Source: Nemertoderma westbladi (taxonomy: Eukaryota; Animalia; Xenacoelomorpha). Taken from it: a DNA stretch of 64,000 bases. Each line of letters starts with the position of its first letter. The stretch's first letter is position 1. The stretch spans positions 1-64,000 of the forward strand of contig JAUCBJ010004851.1 in the NCBI GenBank assembly GCA_032718475.1. The letters run 5' to 3'. A program made the position numbers and the translations under genes. Below the pieces are notes generated by a model that was given only the letters and a program-made list of their open reading frames with translations, was not told the DNA's origin and searched no databases. Positions 31,177 through 43,364 of this stretch are shown one piece after another.

Positions 31177-32631
31177 TGTAGCGGTATCAACAGCTGGAAT
31201 ATATGTAGCTTAATAAAAGTGAATTAACGCAATTAATCGAAAAGATTTATTTAGTCGTATATTGATTAAATGTTATTTAATATGTATATAAAATCTCTTG
31301 CCAAAGATAATATACAGTACGCACGAAATACCAATGGAATAGCGCAATAATTTTTATTGTCCGTTTAAATCCTTTTTTTGTCCTTTTTTTTTATTTTTTA
31401 TGTCCTCCAAAAATCTAATGTTAGGTTCCATGCTACCGGTTTCTCTACTGCTGTTCTCTCAGGCTATCAGTACCGGTATTAGTATATATAGCATTATTTT
31501 GCTGTATTGTATGTACAGATGTAGGTATAAAGCAGGCATTTCTGTATTTTAATACCGGTACCGGCACCGGTACTGCTGTAGGCCTACTGTGTAGCCTACC
31601 AATTAAATACGGTACTGGTAGGACTACCGGCTGACCGGTTGTTTTGGTTAGATAATCCCGCCTCATCTGTAACCTGCTCCTTTGCCTGATTTGGTAAAGT
31701 GGCCGTTTATTGTTTTGGTTAGAAAGGCCCGCCTCTGTAACCTGCTCCTTTCCTTCATTTTGTAAAGTGACTGTTTATTGTTTTGGTTAGAAAATCCCGC
31801 CTCTGTAACGTGCCCCTTTCCCTCAATTAATTAAGTGATCGTTTATTGTTTAGGTTAGGAAATCCCGCCTCTGTAACCTGCTCCTTTCTCTCAATTGGTA
31901 ATGTTATCGTTTATTGTTTTGGTTAGAAAATCCCGTATCTGTAACCTGCTCCTTTCCCTCAATTAGTTAAATGATCGTTTATTGTTTTGGTTAGAAAATC
32001 CCGCCTCGGTAACCTGCTCCTTTCCCTGATTTGGTAAAGTGACTGTTTATTGTTTTGGTTAGAAAATCCGGCCTTAACCTGCTCCTTTCCATCAATTGGT
32101 AATTGTTTTTGGCTATAAAATGAGTGTTTTGCTACGTCATGTGGTAATCGATTATCGACAACAACCACAAACTATTAAATTTAGTCTTTTACCACAGGCG
32201 CATATGGAATTCTATCTCATAGTCTATAAATCATGGAATGTTCTGGCACAGGCATAGTGAAACCAACTGTCCGACAGACCAGAAATCAACAAATTTTGAA
32301 TGTTTTGGCATAGGCATGTTGAAATCAACTGTCTGACAGTCCAGAAGTCAGCAGTCTGACAGTTTGAAGAAATACATACATAAAAAGTCATTAAAAGGAC
32401 AATAAAAGTCATTAAAAGGACAACAAAAGTCATTATGCACAATTCGTAAAAAAAGGAGGACAAAAAAAGTCAAATAAAAGGACATAAAAAATCACTGCCA
32501 TGGAATAGTGCAACCAGCTGATACTCATATTGCACGTACGTACATTGAGCTAAGGAAGTTTGAATGTCGTTCATGCAATATTAATATCTACTGTATAAAT
32601 TTGATTAGCTAATTGAATGGATGATCCCACA
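31177..32631 (-). repeat. 3' LTR of the Gypsy element, interrupted by a TIR element
   Basis: 31177-31342 and 32500-32586 match 53319-53560. Confidence 0.8.
31343..32499. mobile_element. Mutator-like non-autonomous element with 9-bp TSD and an internal ~59-bp tandem array
   Basis: TSD ATGGAATAG (31334-31342, 32500-32508); imperfect TIRs; about 8 copies of GTTTATTGTTTTGGTTAGAAAATCCCGCCTCTGTAACCTGCTCCTTTCC... at ~31635-32110. Confidence 0.75.
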
Positions 32632-32711
32632 TAAGCCCTCCGCCAGTGTCGACAAGACACGATAACAATATAAAATTATAATTATTAGATAATAGTTAGT
32701 TAGTAATTAAC

Positions 32712-33187
32712 TTCGGGGGCATGGCGCCGGCTGCGAAGCAGTTTGTCAAGCGGCTGGCGTTGAGGCTGTCGGAGAAACGACAGGTTCCCTACCCGGAGTC
32801 GGTAGCGTGGGTGCGGAGACGCATCAATTTCGCCTTACTCCGGTCGTCCCTGATGTGCCTCCGTGGGTTTCGGTCGGCCGCTAGAAGACCGGTGCGGGCA
32901 GCGGTGGCGGACGCGTCCATTGTGTGGGCGAACGCGGACTCGGACCCCAGGACGGCTTAGATGTTAGAGGTCTGGCGGGTTTGTTGGGTACTGGCAGTGG
33001 CAGAGTGGCAGACTGGTGATGGGTACTGAACCAATTTGTATTGTTTGTATTGTTGCTAGGTAACAGTTTGAATCAGCTGGTGGTGGGTTATATTTGTACT
33101 TGTTTTGGTGCGTTTTTATATTCGAATTATTGTTTGTTAATATTATAATATATGGAGGCTTTTGAGTAAAAAAAAAAAAAAAAAAAA
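32712..33187 (+). mobile_element. 5'-truncated poly(A)-tailed non-LTR retrotransposon (CRE-like restriction-like-endonuclease C-terminus)
   Basis: GGMAPAAKQFVKRLALRLSEK...Y...WVRRRINFALLRS...CLRGFRS; A-tail from ~33168; TSD AATTAAC (32705-32711 / 33188-33194). Confidence 0.75.
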
Positions 33188-33189
33188 AA

Positions 33190-33687
33190 TTAACGGACGG
33201 GAGTTTTCATTGGTCGACCGTAACGCGATCTTAATGGTTGGTTCATGAACACATCGTTTTCAAGGAAGGCTGGTTTTAGTCTATCAATGCTGACCGTGTC
33301 CCGTTTGCCATTTACGTCAAGAGTAAAGAACTTGTCCTGTCGGCAGATTACTTTGAAGGGTCCTTCATAAGGACATTGTAGTGGTGAACAGTGAGCATCC
33401 CTACGGATGAAAACAAAGTTAGATGTCCGCAATTCACTTGGTATGAATAACTTTGAATTATAACAATTTGTATGGTGAGAAGTGGACGTGGGTTGCATAT
33501 TATGCATGCAATGTTGCAGGGTACGCAATAATTTATTGGTTTCTGCTCCTTTAAGAGTTTGTGAAGCGGTGAAATATTCTCCTGGTAGTCGTAATGACGC
33601 TCCGTAAACCAGTTCTGCCGCGTAACAACACAGGTCCTCCTTAGGAACAGCGCGTAATCCCAACATTATGATTGGTAACTCATCATA
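33190..33687 (-). pseudogene. pol: Gypsy integrase C-terminus (continues 50163-50600)
   Basis: DELPIIMLGLRA...AELVYG...LRLPG...PLQCPYEGPFKVI...TVSIDRLKPA. Confidence 0.85.
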
Positions 33688-34513
33688 ATAACAGCCCACA
33701 AGGAATCAGCTAAGAGGCATATCCCCCAGAAACCCAAACGAAAACAGTATGTGCCATGGCAAAACTCTGAGGATACTTGTAAGAGAGAAGATCTTAAGAT
33801 AGCCTACAAAGTTAAAACCGAACAACCAACAACAGAAAACATTAACAAGGTTGAGAAAGCTAAGGACGATCTTAAATTAGCCTACAGCATCAGCCAGGAA
33901 AAGTACATACAGGATAAAATTGAAGCAATTACGAATGCTCACATACAGTAACAATCAAGACTTACCTGGCAAACTGTAAATGAGGTATCTGGTCGGAAAT
34001 GTTGTGCAAAGGGGCGCCTCAAAGCCGATAGTCCTGAAGAACGTGTTGGGAAGTGGAAAAATCACTTCAGCAACTTGCTTGGGCAGCCACCAAACATCGA
34101 GGTCAGCCCTATAAGGAAAACATATGATAAGACACTACCTATAGAAACAGGGGACCTCACACCTACAAACTCCAAAGAAGCATTAAAAGCATGTCCAATA
34201 ATAAAGCGAGTGGATTAGATGAAATCCCAGCGGAGGTATGGAAAACAGGAGTGCTAAACAGACCATTATGGAATGTTTGCAACCGGATGTTAAAAGGGGA
34301 GAAGCCACCACCAATTTGGACTAAAGGTCAACTAAAGCCTCTCCCCAAGAAAGGAGACCTCGGTATACCAACAAACTATCGTGGGATATGTCTGCTTGTG
34401 GTAGCTGCCAAAATATACAATAAAATGATTCTATATAGGATTAGGCCTCACATAGAGAAACTATTGCGTAAGAGCCAAAACGGATTTCGACCAAGTAGAT
34501 CAACAATAGCTCA

Positions 34514-35043
34514 TGTTAGCTTATTCAATCCCGCTAACATCCCATAAAGTTATAAGCCGATAAGCAATATTGGGAGCCGCGAGATTGGGTAATAACCAAC
34601 TCGTGCCATCCCAATGAGAGTGGGAAGGAGAACCACACAATAAGGGTCAGGGGCCAAACCCCTAACCCAGAGAGAACAGATGGAGTGAACGGGAACACTC
34701 CACGGGGTGCCAACAAGGGTATCAACCAATCAGAGGGGGGCAAGGCATCGATTAGGTAGTAATTAGGCCAACCGTGCAATATAACCAGTAACCCAATATC
34801 AGTAATTCAGTTATCTCAGTGCAGTAGTGCTAGCATAGGTTAATTAGTTTAGATAGGGGAGCACGGGACTTTTAGTTACCGTATCCCGCCTTCCATATAC
34901 TATACAATATATCTATATCTTATACCTTTATTATTATACACCGAACTTCAGAACTCATTTTACTTTCATTCACTCTTTATACACGGCGGGGACGCGTGAA
35001 CTAAATACCGGATAAATCGGGATCCCTCCTGGATCCCGTCACA
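34514..35043 (+). repeat. 5' LTR of element B
   Basis: Appears identical to 48469-48998. CCAAT (~34726), TATA-like AATATAA (~34778), initiator TTCAGTT (~34806). Confidence 0.95.
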
Positions 35044-35053
35044 GTAACTAAAA
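35044..35053 (+). promoter_or_regulatory. Non-tRNA primer-binding site of element B, complementary to LTR 34870-34879
   Basis: GTAACTAAAA abuts the LTR end, lacks TGG, and is the exact reverse complement of TTTTAGTTAC. Confidence 0.6.
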
Positions 35054-35103
35054 CCAACCGCTGCCCTAGCTAGCCAAACCATCAGCCACCAATCACCAGC
35101 GAG

Positions 35104-38100
35104 ATGAGTCAATCGGGCGAGACACCGACGCGGACCCCGGACGAAGACCAAACGATCCGTGAGGCCGCAACCAGGCGATATAGACCCACGACGCCGGAGC
35201 CATCGATAACGGGCGAACCGGAAGTTCAAGACGAGGGGAGCCTGGAACAAGAGGTCGAGCCAAGAGGAAGGGAGAGCGAGACGGAGGGAGACGGAGATGA
35301 GTCGACACGGGACGGAGATCGGCGCACCGATGTCGCCGGCCAGCTACAGGCCGAGGGCGACGAGCGGCCCACCGAAACGGCGACGGTGGGGCCGACGGTG
35401 CGACGCCGGACGCGAAGAGACGGAGGAGACATCGGTACCGATGTCGCCGGCCAGCTACAGGCCGAGGGCGACGGACGGCCCACCGGAACGGCGACGGTGG
35501 AGCCGCCGGTACGACGTCGAACCCGGAGGGACGGAGGAGAGGTCGGCGACGAGGACGTCGGGGTTTCAGAGCGACTTCGACGGGCCTACAACGCGACCCG
35601 GAAGCTAATAAAGGACGCCAAGAAGGAAGGGGCGAAGGTAGACGAGGTGAGACTGAGAAAGCGACTAGGTGAGTCGGATAGACACTTTAATTACCTAATA
35701 CGTTTTGGGCAGAGAGAACTAGCCGAGGGGAGAGCAAAAGGGGTTGCCGGCGAACTGTTTGAACTATGGGAGTGTGGGAGTATGGAACCTAGCGTAGCGC
35801 CAGTGTACATAGGGCCATACTTGGTCGATGCCCGGGGAGTAAAATTAGTGGGTTGGAGGGGACCCGAGGGGGGCGAATCCGAGGTTAACCCCGAGGATTC
35901 GGCCTCGTCGGTCGGAGAAAGTTCCGGGAAGCGGGGGAAAGTTAGTAGGTCGGGAAGGCGGAGGGGGTCCGTCGTAACCGATAAGTCTGCTACATCCTCC
36001 GCGAAAGAAAGAGTGGTGAGAGAGATAGGTGCCGCATACCGTCTCAACATGGTAGAGCAAGGTCAGAGGGAAATGGAGGAACGGTTAGAGGAGGGGAGAG
36101 TGCGGTTAGAGAGGGAAGCGGCATTGATTAGAGAAACCGGAGAGAGGGCCGAAAGGGCTTTGAGAAGCCTTAGGGAGTGTGAGGAAATAGAGGAAAAGGA
36201 GTGTAGGGAGCGTGAGGCGGAATGCAAGGAGCGTGAGGCAAGGGAGGAAAGGGAACGCAAAGAGCGTGAGGCGGAACGCAAGGAACATGAGGCGAGAAGG
36301 GAAAAGGAACGCAAGGAGCGCGAGGTGAGACGAAGGGAGAGCGCTAGGAGTGTAGCAGAGTCGGCCGCCCGGGACACCCAGGAGTGTGAGAGGAGAATGG
36401 CAGAGGCTGAACGAGAGCACAAGGAATTAAAGAGACGCCAGAGTGAGCTTGCGGAACATAGGATTAGACGGGCGCACGAGCTGCAACTGGTGCGAGCGTC
36501 GCCGTCTGAAAGCGGGGCCGGCTCGAGTATTTTTGGGGAGCCGGGGGCCGTAGATACATTTATTAATACCCCACTGACAGGGACCGCGCGACAGACCCAA
36601 AACTGGTGTGACCGTACGGGCGGGGGGGGGGGGGGGGGGGGGGGTAACGACAATAATGATACAGTAGACGTTGTTAATGTTGATAGTACCGTATGGGACA
36701 ACTCTAATCAAACCTTTATTGCAGGAAATACTTTGCCTAGTGGTAGTAATTTAAATTTAAATCAGAACAATCCTAATATTAATGTAGAAAATAATTCTAA
36801 TATTAATGTAATTACGCAAAATAATTCAAATAATCAAAATAATAACCCAAATTCGAACCTACAAAATAATTTAAATAACGCGATTACGCAAAATAATCCA
36901 AATAATTTAAATAATGATCCAAGCCCGAATTTACAAAATAATTCAGATAGCGTAGTCGCGCAGAATAATACAAATGATTTCGTTCCAAACGAGCAAATCA
37001 ATTCTGTTTCCAATATGGGTGCTATTAACGTAAACACGTCGGACGTGTATAGCCAGGCAGATGAGGGCCTGGTAGGCCACGTAGTTGGTAGGCAGGGAGC
37101 AGAGGGCCTGGTAGGCCATGTAGTTGGTAGGCAGGGAGCAGAGGGCCTGGTAGGCCATGTAGTTGGTAGGCAGGGAGCAGAGGGCCTGGTAGGCCACGTA
37201 GTTGGTAGGCAGGGAGTAGAGGGCCTGGAAGGCCACGCAATAGCAGGAGGAGAAGCGGGGGTGAATAGACCCGACCGCGGTAGGGTTGATGTGTCGACTA
37301 GAGAGGTATATAGTAGCGGGGTGAGAGGTAGCGAAGTAAAATGTAGCGAGTGGGGGGGGGGGGGCTACAAGGGCCCCACAACGGAAAGTTAGCGGCGAGT
37401 GGGGGGGGGGCTACGAGGGCCCCACAACAGAGAGTTAGCGGCGAGAGGGGGGGGGCAGAGAGTGTCCCACAGCCGTCAGCGGACAATGCGCGGGCCGAAA
37501 TAGGTAAACCGCAACAACCGGCGACGGAAAGTAATAGGGGGATTGCGGATATCCCCAGCGGCGTGCGACCGAGCAGAGAGAGACGGGTTGACGTCGCGAG
37601 AGGGCGGACGAAGCGTCGAGCCCGATCAGAGGAAGGAAGAAGAACAGTGGGGTTTAACCGGGAGGTCGACGAGAGATCTCACGAGCGGGAATATTCCACT
37701 GATAGGAGAAGAAAGGAAGACAGTAGTAGAAGTATCGCCGCGAACGATAGAAGAGCGAGGACGGATAGCGAGCCGTCGGTAGTCGAGATGAGAACGGAGA
37801 GTCAGTGGGGTCGGACTCCGGGAGATTGCCGTCGCCCCGGAGAGATGCGACCCGGCGAGGCGCACTACGCGCCGAGAGAGGGGTACGCGATGTACCGGTA
37901 CGAAGATGAGAACAGTAGAGAGGGGGGTCGAAGAGAAACTTTCCGACGGAATATACCTACCGATCGAGAATACGGTAGCCGCGGGGAGGATTATTCGAGA
38001 AGAATAAACTTCGATCCCGAACAACACATGCAGACTGTAGGACATACTGTAGGCCTTACTGCACATACCATAGGCCATACTGAGAGAGGCAATGTAGGCG

Positions 38101-40235
38101 ATAGGATAGCGTGGACAACGGGATTAAACCCGGAAGTCGCGGAATACATACCGGCGGGTAGGCCAGAAGCTGATAGGCCTATACCGGTACCAGTACAACA
38201 GTACGACTACAGCATGCAGGGACATAACATATACCCAGGGGAGGGGGGAATTATTGCGGATAGGTGCATGGGCCCCAATATATTAACATCAACCCCAGTA
38301 CCAAACATACCGGTGGGGGGGGGGGGACAGGGTGACATTCCCCCATCACAATATCAACAATATACCCCGATAGGAGCAAGAACAACGAGACCCTTGGATG
38401 AGAATAAGTCGTGTGACACAGAAATATGGAGGGGGCCGCTACCCCCGATGACATACCCAAGTCAGAGAAGATCGAGAAATAGGACGGACGAACCGCACCA
38501 GACAGGAGAAACTATACAGCACCCGTCGAATCCATTGGAAGCGCAGGCGATGGGGATGGCCACGTTGATCGATGCGTTGAAAACGAGGATCGAGCTACCA
38601 CCCGTGGAACCATTCAAATTCGATGGGAGTAGGCCGGAAGAATATCTACAGTTTCGGCGCATGTATAGTAACGAAATACTAACAAAAAACTTGACGCAGG
38701 CGGAGTGCCTAAAGTATCTACAAGTGTACACGGGAGGCCCAGCATACGACATCGTGAGGCAATATCAAGGAATAGAGGGCGGCTTCACGACAGCATGGCG
38801 GGCACTGGATAGGGAATACGGGCACCCGGCCAAGATCATCAGGCAGACGCTGAGGGGCATAACATCGGGTGGCCTGCAGGATAATCCCGTTAGCATTAAG
38901 ACGTTCGCTAACAAAGTCGAAAAGGCGCTGATCGTGCTGAAGACGCTAGACGCGCCATACGAGCTCAATGCGTCCAATAACATCACCACGATAGCGCAGG
39001 CACTACCGAGTTGGATGCGCAACAAGTGGAGGAAAATTGCTTTCTCCACTCGAGACAAGAAGGGTGCGGAACCGGGTTTAGAAGAAATGTCAAACTTCTT
39101 AAACTACGAGGCTGAGCTAATAACTGACCCAGTCTATAGCGAAGATAGCCTGGGAAAGGGACCGAAGATAGATTATCATAGACCGAAACCAGAGCACAAT
39201 ACATCAAACGCATTACCGAGACTCAGGCAATCATTGCCATATGCAGCGACGCAGGGGACTGCAAGTCCACAGCTAGCCGAAGATGAGACCACACCATGGA
39301 ACGGACAGGGGAACAATAACAGCACAAATAAACATAACCCCAGTACGTCCAGTAGGCTGAATCCAAACAATAAGAATAGTTGGGACTTTGGTACGAATGC
39401 AACTGCGATACGCAATGCACTGTATAAAGAGGGCTACGACCCAAAGAGCAAATGCCAGTTACACGCAAATGCGCTTCATAAAACCATGAACTGCAGGTAC
39501 TGGCAGGCGTTACCTAGGCAAGATCAGATAGATTACGCGTCGAGCAATAAAATCTGGTCGCGATGTGTAATGAGTGGACATAGAGCAAGGGAGTGCAAGG
39601 AGAGGCCAATACAATTTGGTCAAAGGAGAGGCCAAACGATGGCGACGAGCACAGTAGGCGCGAAGAAGAGGAGAACGGTGTTACTTGGAGTAGTACCAGT
39701 GCGAGTGATCGGGGAAGGCAATCGATCAGTAACAACACTAATGCTGGTTGATAGTGGAGCTGCCTTCACATTAGTTGAGGAATGGGTGGCCGAAGAAATA
39801 GGATTGAGAACGAGGCCAAGCAGAATAGCGGTAACAACCATCTCTAGCAAAGATGAGATCCTAGAGATGAGGACAGGACGGTGCGCAATTGCAGCAGTGG
39901 CACCAGGATGCGACTATGGGGCAACCATCGATCCCATCCAAGTGATAGAGTCAATTAATATCAATGCCAGGCGGCCAACCAACATCGAGGTTGAGCAGTA
40001 CAAATTCCTGGACAACATTGACTTCTCAATCCCAGACGTGGACGTTAGGAAGGTGTCCATCATAGTAGGTATGGACTGCCCAACGGCCCACGAAAGAATG
40101 CAAACGGTCTTCGGCGAAGACAAGCAGAGTGACCCGGTGGCCATATTAACACCATTCGGGTGGACGCTGAGTGGTCCAATTAAGAGCAAGATAACATTTA
40201 GGATGTCGGAGACATCAGGGTGCATGTTCGCGTGA
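35104..40235 (+). pseudogene. gag: Element B gag-protease; frame change at the poly-G run ~37352-37364
   Basis: Charged coiled coil, Asn-rich segment and 13-aa repeats, then PFKFDGSRPEEY...LKYLQVYTGGPA...ALDREYG, CQLH...C zinc knuckles, and protease LMLVDSGAA. Confidence 0.85.
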
Positions 40236-40651
40236 ACAATGCAGGAAATGGGTGATGAGGGAGCAGAGGAGCAGCTTAAAAGACTGCTCAGACAAGATTT
40301 TGAGGGACTGAAAGAGACCGGGGTCGGGACCTCGGTAGAAGACAAGCAGGCTCTACAAAGCGTGGAGGAATCGATGACGTGCGATGAGGGGCGGTATACA
40401 ATAGGAATGGTATGGAAACTACCGAAGATACCGCTACCCGATAATAGAGGGATGGTACTCACGAGACTCCGCAAGCTGAAACAAACACTAAAACGGAGCC
40501 CCGAAAAGAACGAGTACATCCACAGAACGATTAAGAAGTACGTCGAGAAAGGATGGGCCGTGGAGTTACCGGTCGACGAGCCGAACACGGATAGGACATA
40601 TTACCTGCCACTACACGTGGCTTTAGATCCAAAGAAAGGTAAACTACGAAT

Positions 40652-43364
40652 CGTCACCTTCAAGGCAGAACCCCCTAAGTCGATTTTTTTCGATTTTCAT
40701 GTTTTTGACTTTTTGGGTAATTCGATATCGGCTTTTTCGTCTGGCAGAACCCCGAAGCTTTTCTACCAGCCATTTTTGAGTTATAAGCCAAAGACAGTTC
40801 CCCGTAACTTATGCCCACTTCGAGGCAGAACCCCCCAAGTCTATAATTGGCTTGCAAAACACCGTAAATTCAAGTATATGAAATTCAGTCCACCTGGCAA
40901 AACCCCTTAAATTAGAAATAACATCATGTAAAACCCCGTAAATCAGAAACAATAGCCTGGCAAAACCCCGTAATTTATCATTTATACTGGTTTGTATTGC
41001 GGCCAGGACACAAATATTAATGAGGGACACAAACATTATTGACCCCCCCCCACCCACACCCCGGCTGGTATACCCCCATATTTTCAATTTACCTCCTACC
41101 ACCACCATTCATTTTACCCCCCCCCCCCCCCCCCTCCCCGATTCCTATCTCCCCCTCATGTTCATCATTTTTTTACTCCTACTCCTTCCCTTTTTACTAA
41201 CAACATCGTTTATTGTTTTGGTTAGAAAAAACATCTCTGTAACCTGATCCTTTCCTTCAATTGGCAATAACATAGTTTATTGGTTTGGTCAGATTAATAT
41301 GTTATTATTTATTGTTGTTATTTTATTGCTTGACAGTAATGAGAATTGTAATACTGTAATATATTGTATGTATATGGGTGGTAACATGAATCATACTAAG
41401 TGCGAAGGGCGATAGTGCCCATGATTAATGTTTGTGCCCTTGATTGATATCTGTCCCTCGTTTATTGTTTGTGTCCCTCATTAATGTTTGTGTATTTCAT
41501 TAATGTTTGTGTCCCTCATTAATGTTTGTGTCCCTCATTAATGTTTGTGACCCTCATTAATGTTTGTGTCCCTCATTAATGTTTGTGCCCCTCATTAATG
41601 TTTGTGTCCCTCATTAATGTTTGTGTCCCTCATTAATGTTTGTGTACCTCATTAATGTTTGTGTCCCTCATTAATGTTTGTGTACCTCATTAATGTTTGC
41701 GTCCCTCATTAATGTTTGTGTCCCTCATTAATGTTTGTATCCCTCATTAATGTTTGTGGCCTTGATTGATATCTGTCCCTCGTTTATTGTTTGTGTCCCT
41801 CATTAATGTTTGTGTCCCTCATTAATGTTTGTGTACCTCATTAAATTTTGCGTCCCTCATTAATGTTTGTGTCCCTCATTAATGTTTGTATCCCTCATTA
41901 ATGTTTGTGCCCTTGATTGATATCTGTCCCTCGTTTATTGTTTGTGTCCCTCATTAATGTTTGTGTCGCTCATTAATGTTTGTGTCCCTCATTAATATTT
42001 GTGTACCTCATTAATGTTAGTGTCCCTCAATTAATGTTTGTGTCCCTCATTAATGTTGTATCCCTCATTAATGTTTGTGTCCCTCATTAATATTTGTGTC
42101 CCTCATTAATGTTTGTGTCCCTCATTAATGTTTGTGTCCTACATCAATGTTTATGTCCCACATTAATGTTTGTCACCCTGATTAATGTTTGTCCCACATT
42201 AATGTTTGTGGCGCTGATAAATATCTATCCCTCATTTAATGTTTGTGGCGCTGATAAATATCTATCCCTCATTTTGTTTTTGTCCAAGTTGCTATAAGTT
42301 ACTCTAGGTTGCCGGACGTTTTGGACAATTTGGTCAGCAACTAGCAACTTAATTTGAGCAACATTAACTTTTAGTCTCCGTTATATGAGGCATCTTTAAC
42401 AGCAACAAAGTTCGCGTTTACATAGAGCAACTTGATCGGCAACCTGAAATGCTTACTAAGTTGCTGATAGAGTTGCTCAGAATGTTGCCACGTACTGTAG
42501 AAAAAACAGGTCTTTAATTATTCGTCATGACGTAATGTAAGTGAACTTTACTTTAACGTAGCTGTAACCCTGTAGCTAGACTTTGTTCTTACTGTAGAGT
42601 ACCACCCATGGCTATATTTTGTACTTAGAGTTCCGCTTTCTTGAATCTAAATTTTCTTCTTATAGTTCTGCATTTGGCTACATTTTGTTCAATTTGTATT
42701 GATACATGATTCTAACTACAGTCCCGTACTTATTTTAGAAGCAATTAATACCAAAATATCAAAAACTTATGGAGCCCTTTAGAATTTTGAATTCAACAAT
42801 TTCCAACATGTGCGTGTATGTTAGCTATATTGTATGTGATTATTTGTTATTATTGCGTTTACAGGTAATACTAACACCTGATCATGTGCTAGTTAACATG
42901 TTAGATAGCACGTATTAGCTAATAACAAATGCGCACATGTATTACGTGCGCACTACGCACTAAATAATTAAGGACGTACGATACGCCTTGGCTATTATTT
43001 GATATATTTTGCGTGTTTTTTGTAAAAATTCGGACTTATGGTGTTTTACCAAATTGAGGATACCTTGTTTTCTAGGCAATACCCCGCAACTATCGTATAG
43101 TTACGGGATAATACCAGAAAATGGTGTTCCCCCTTGTTTTGGCAAAACACCATAAGTCCGAATTTTTACATAAAAACCGCAATATATTTCAAAGGTTATT
43201 CTAAATCAAATTGAAAGTTTAGTTATATGAATTCTATATATATTTAGTTATCAAAAAACACAATAACAAGTAAACTGAGGCATCTCTTTAAAAAATAAAC
43301 AGTTTTTATCGATTATCTCAGAACTACAAAAATCGACTTAGGGGGTTCTGCCTTGAAGGTGACG
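40652..43364. mobile_element. Non-autonomous TIR element with 4-bp TSD (Sola-like by TSD length), inserted in the element B RT
   Basis: Perfect ~36-bp TIR CGTCACCTTCAAGGCAGAACCCCCTAAGTCGATTTT; TSD GAAT (40648-51 / 43365-68). Removing it restores KLRMVVDASAK. Confidence 0.85.
41420..42275. repeat. 19-bp minisatellite (CCCTCATTAATGTTTGTGT)n
   Basis: Roughly 40 tandem copies with periodic variants; an inverted copy lies at ~41008-41040. Confidence 0.9.

Noticed and set aside
37352-37364. Programmed ribosomal frameshift in element B gag
   Set aside because: It falls in a long G homopolymer, where slippage mutation or sequencing error is more likely. BEL/Pao gag-pol is usually one frame.
41420-42275. 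CRISPR-like appearance of the 19-bp array (also the 59-bp and palindromic arrays)
   Set aside because: Head-to-tail repeats without unique spacers, no cas genes, and a eukaryotic context.
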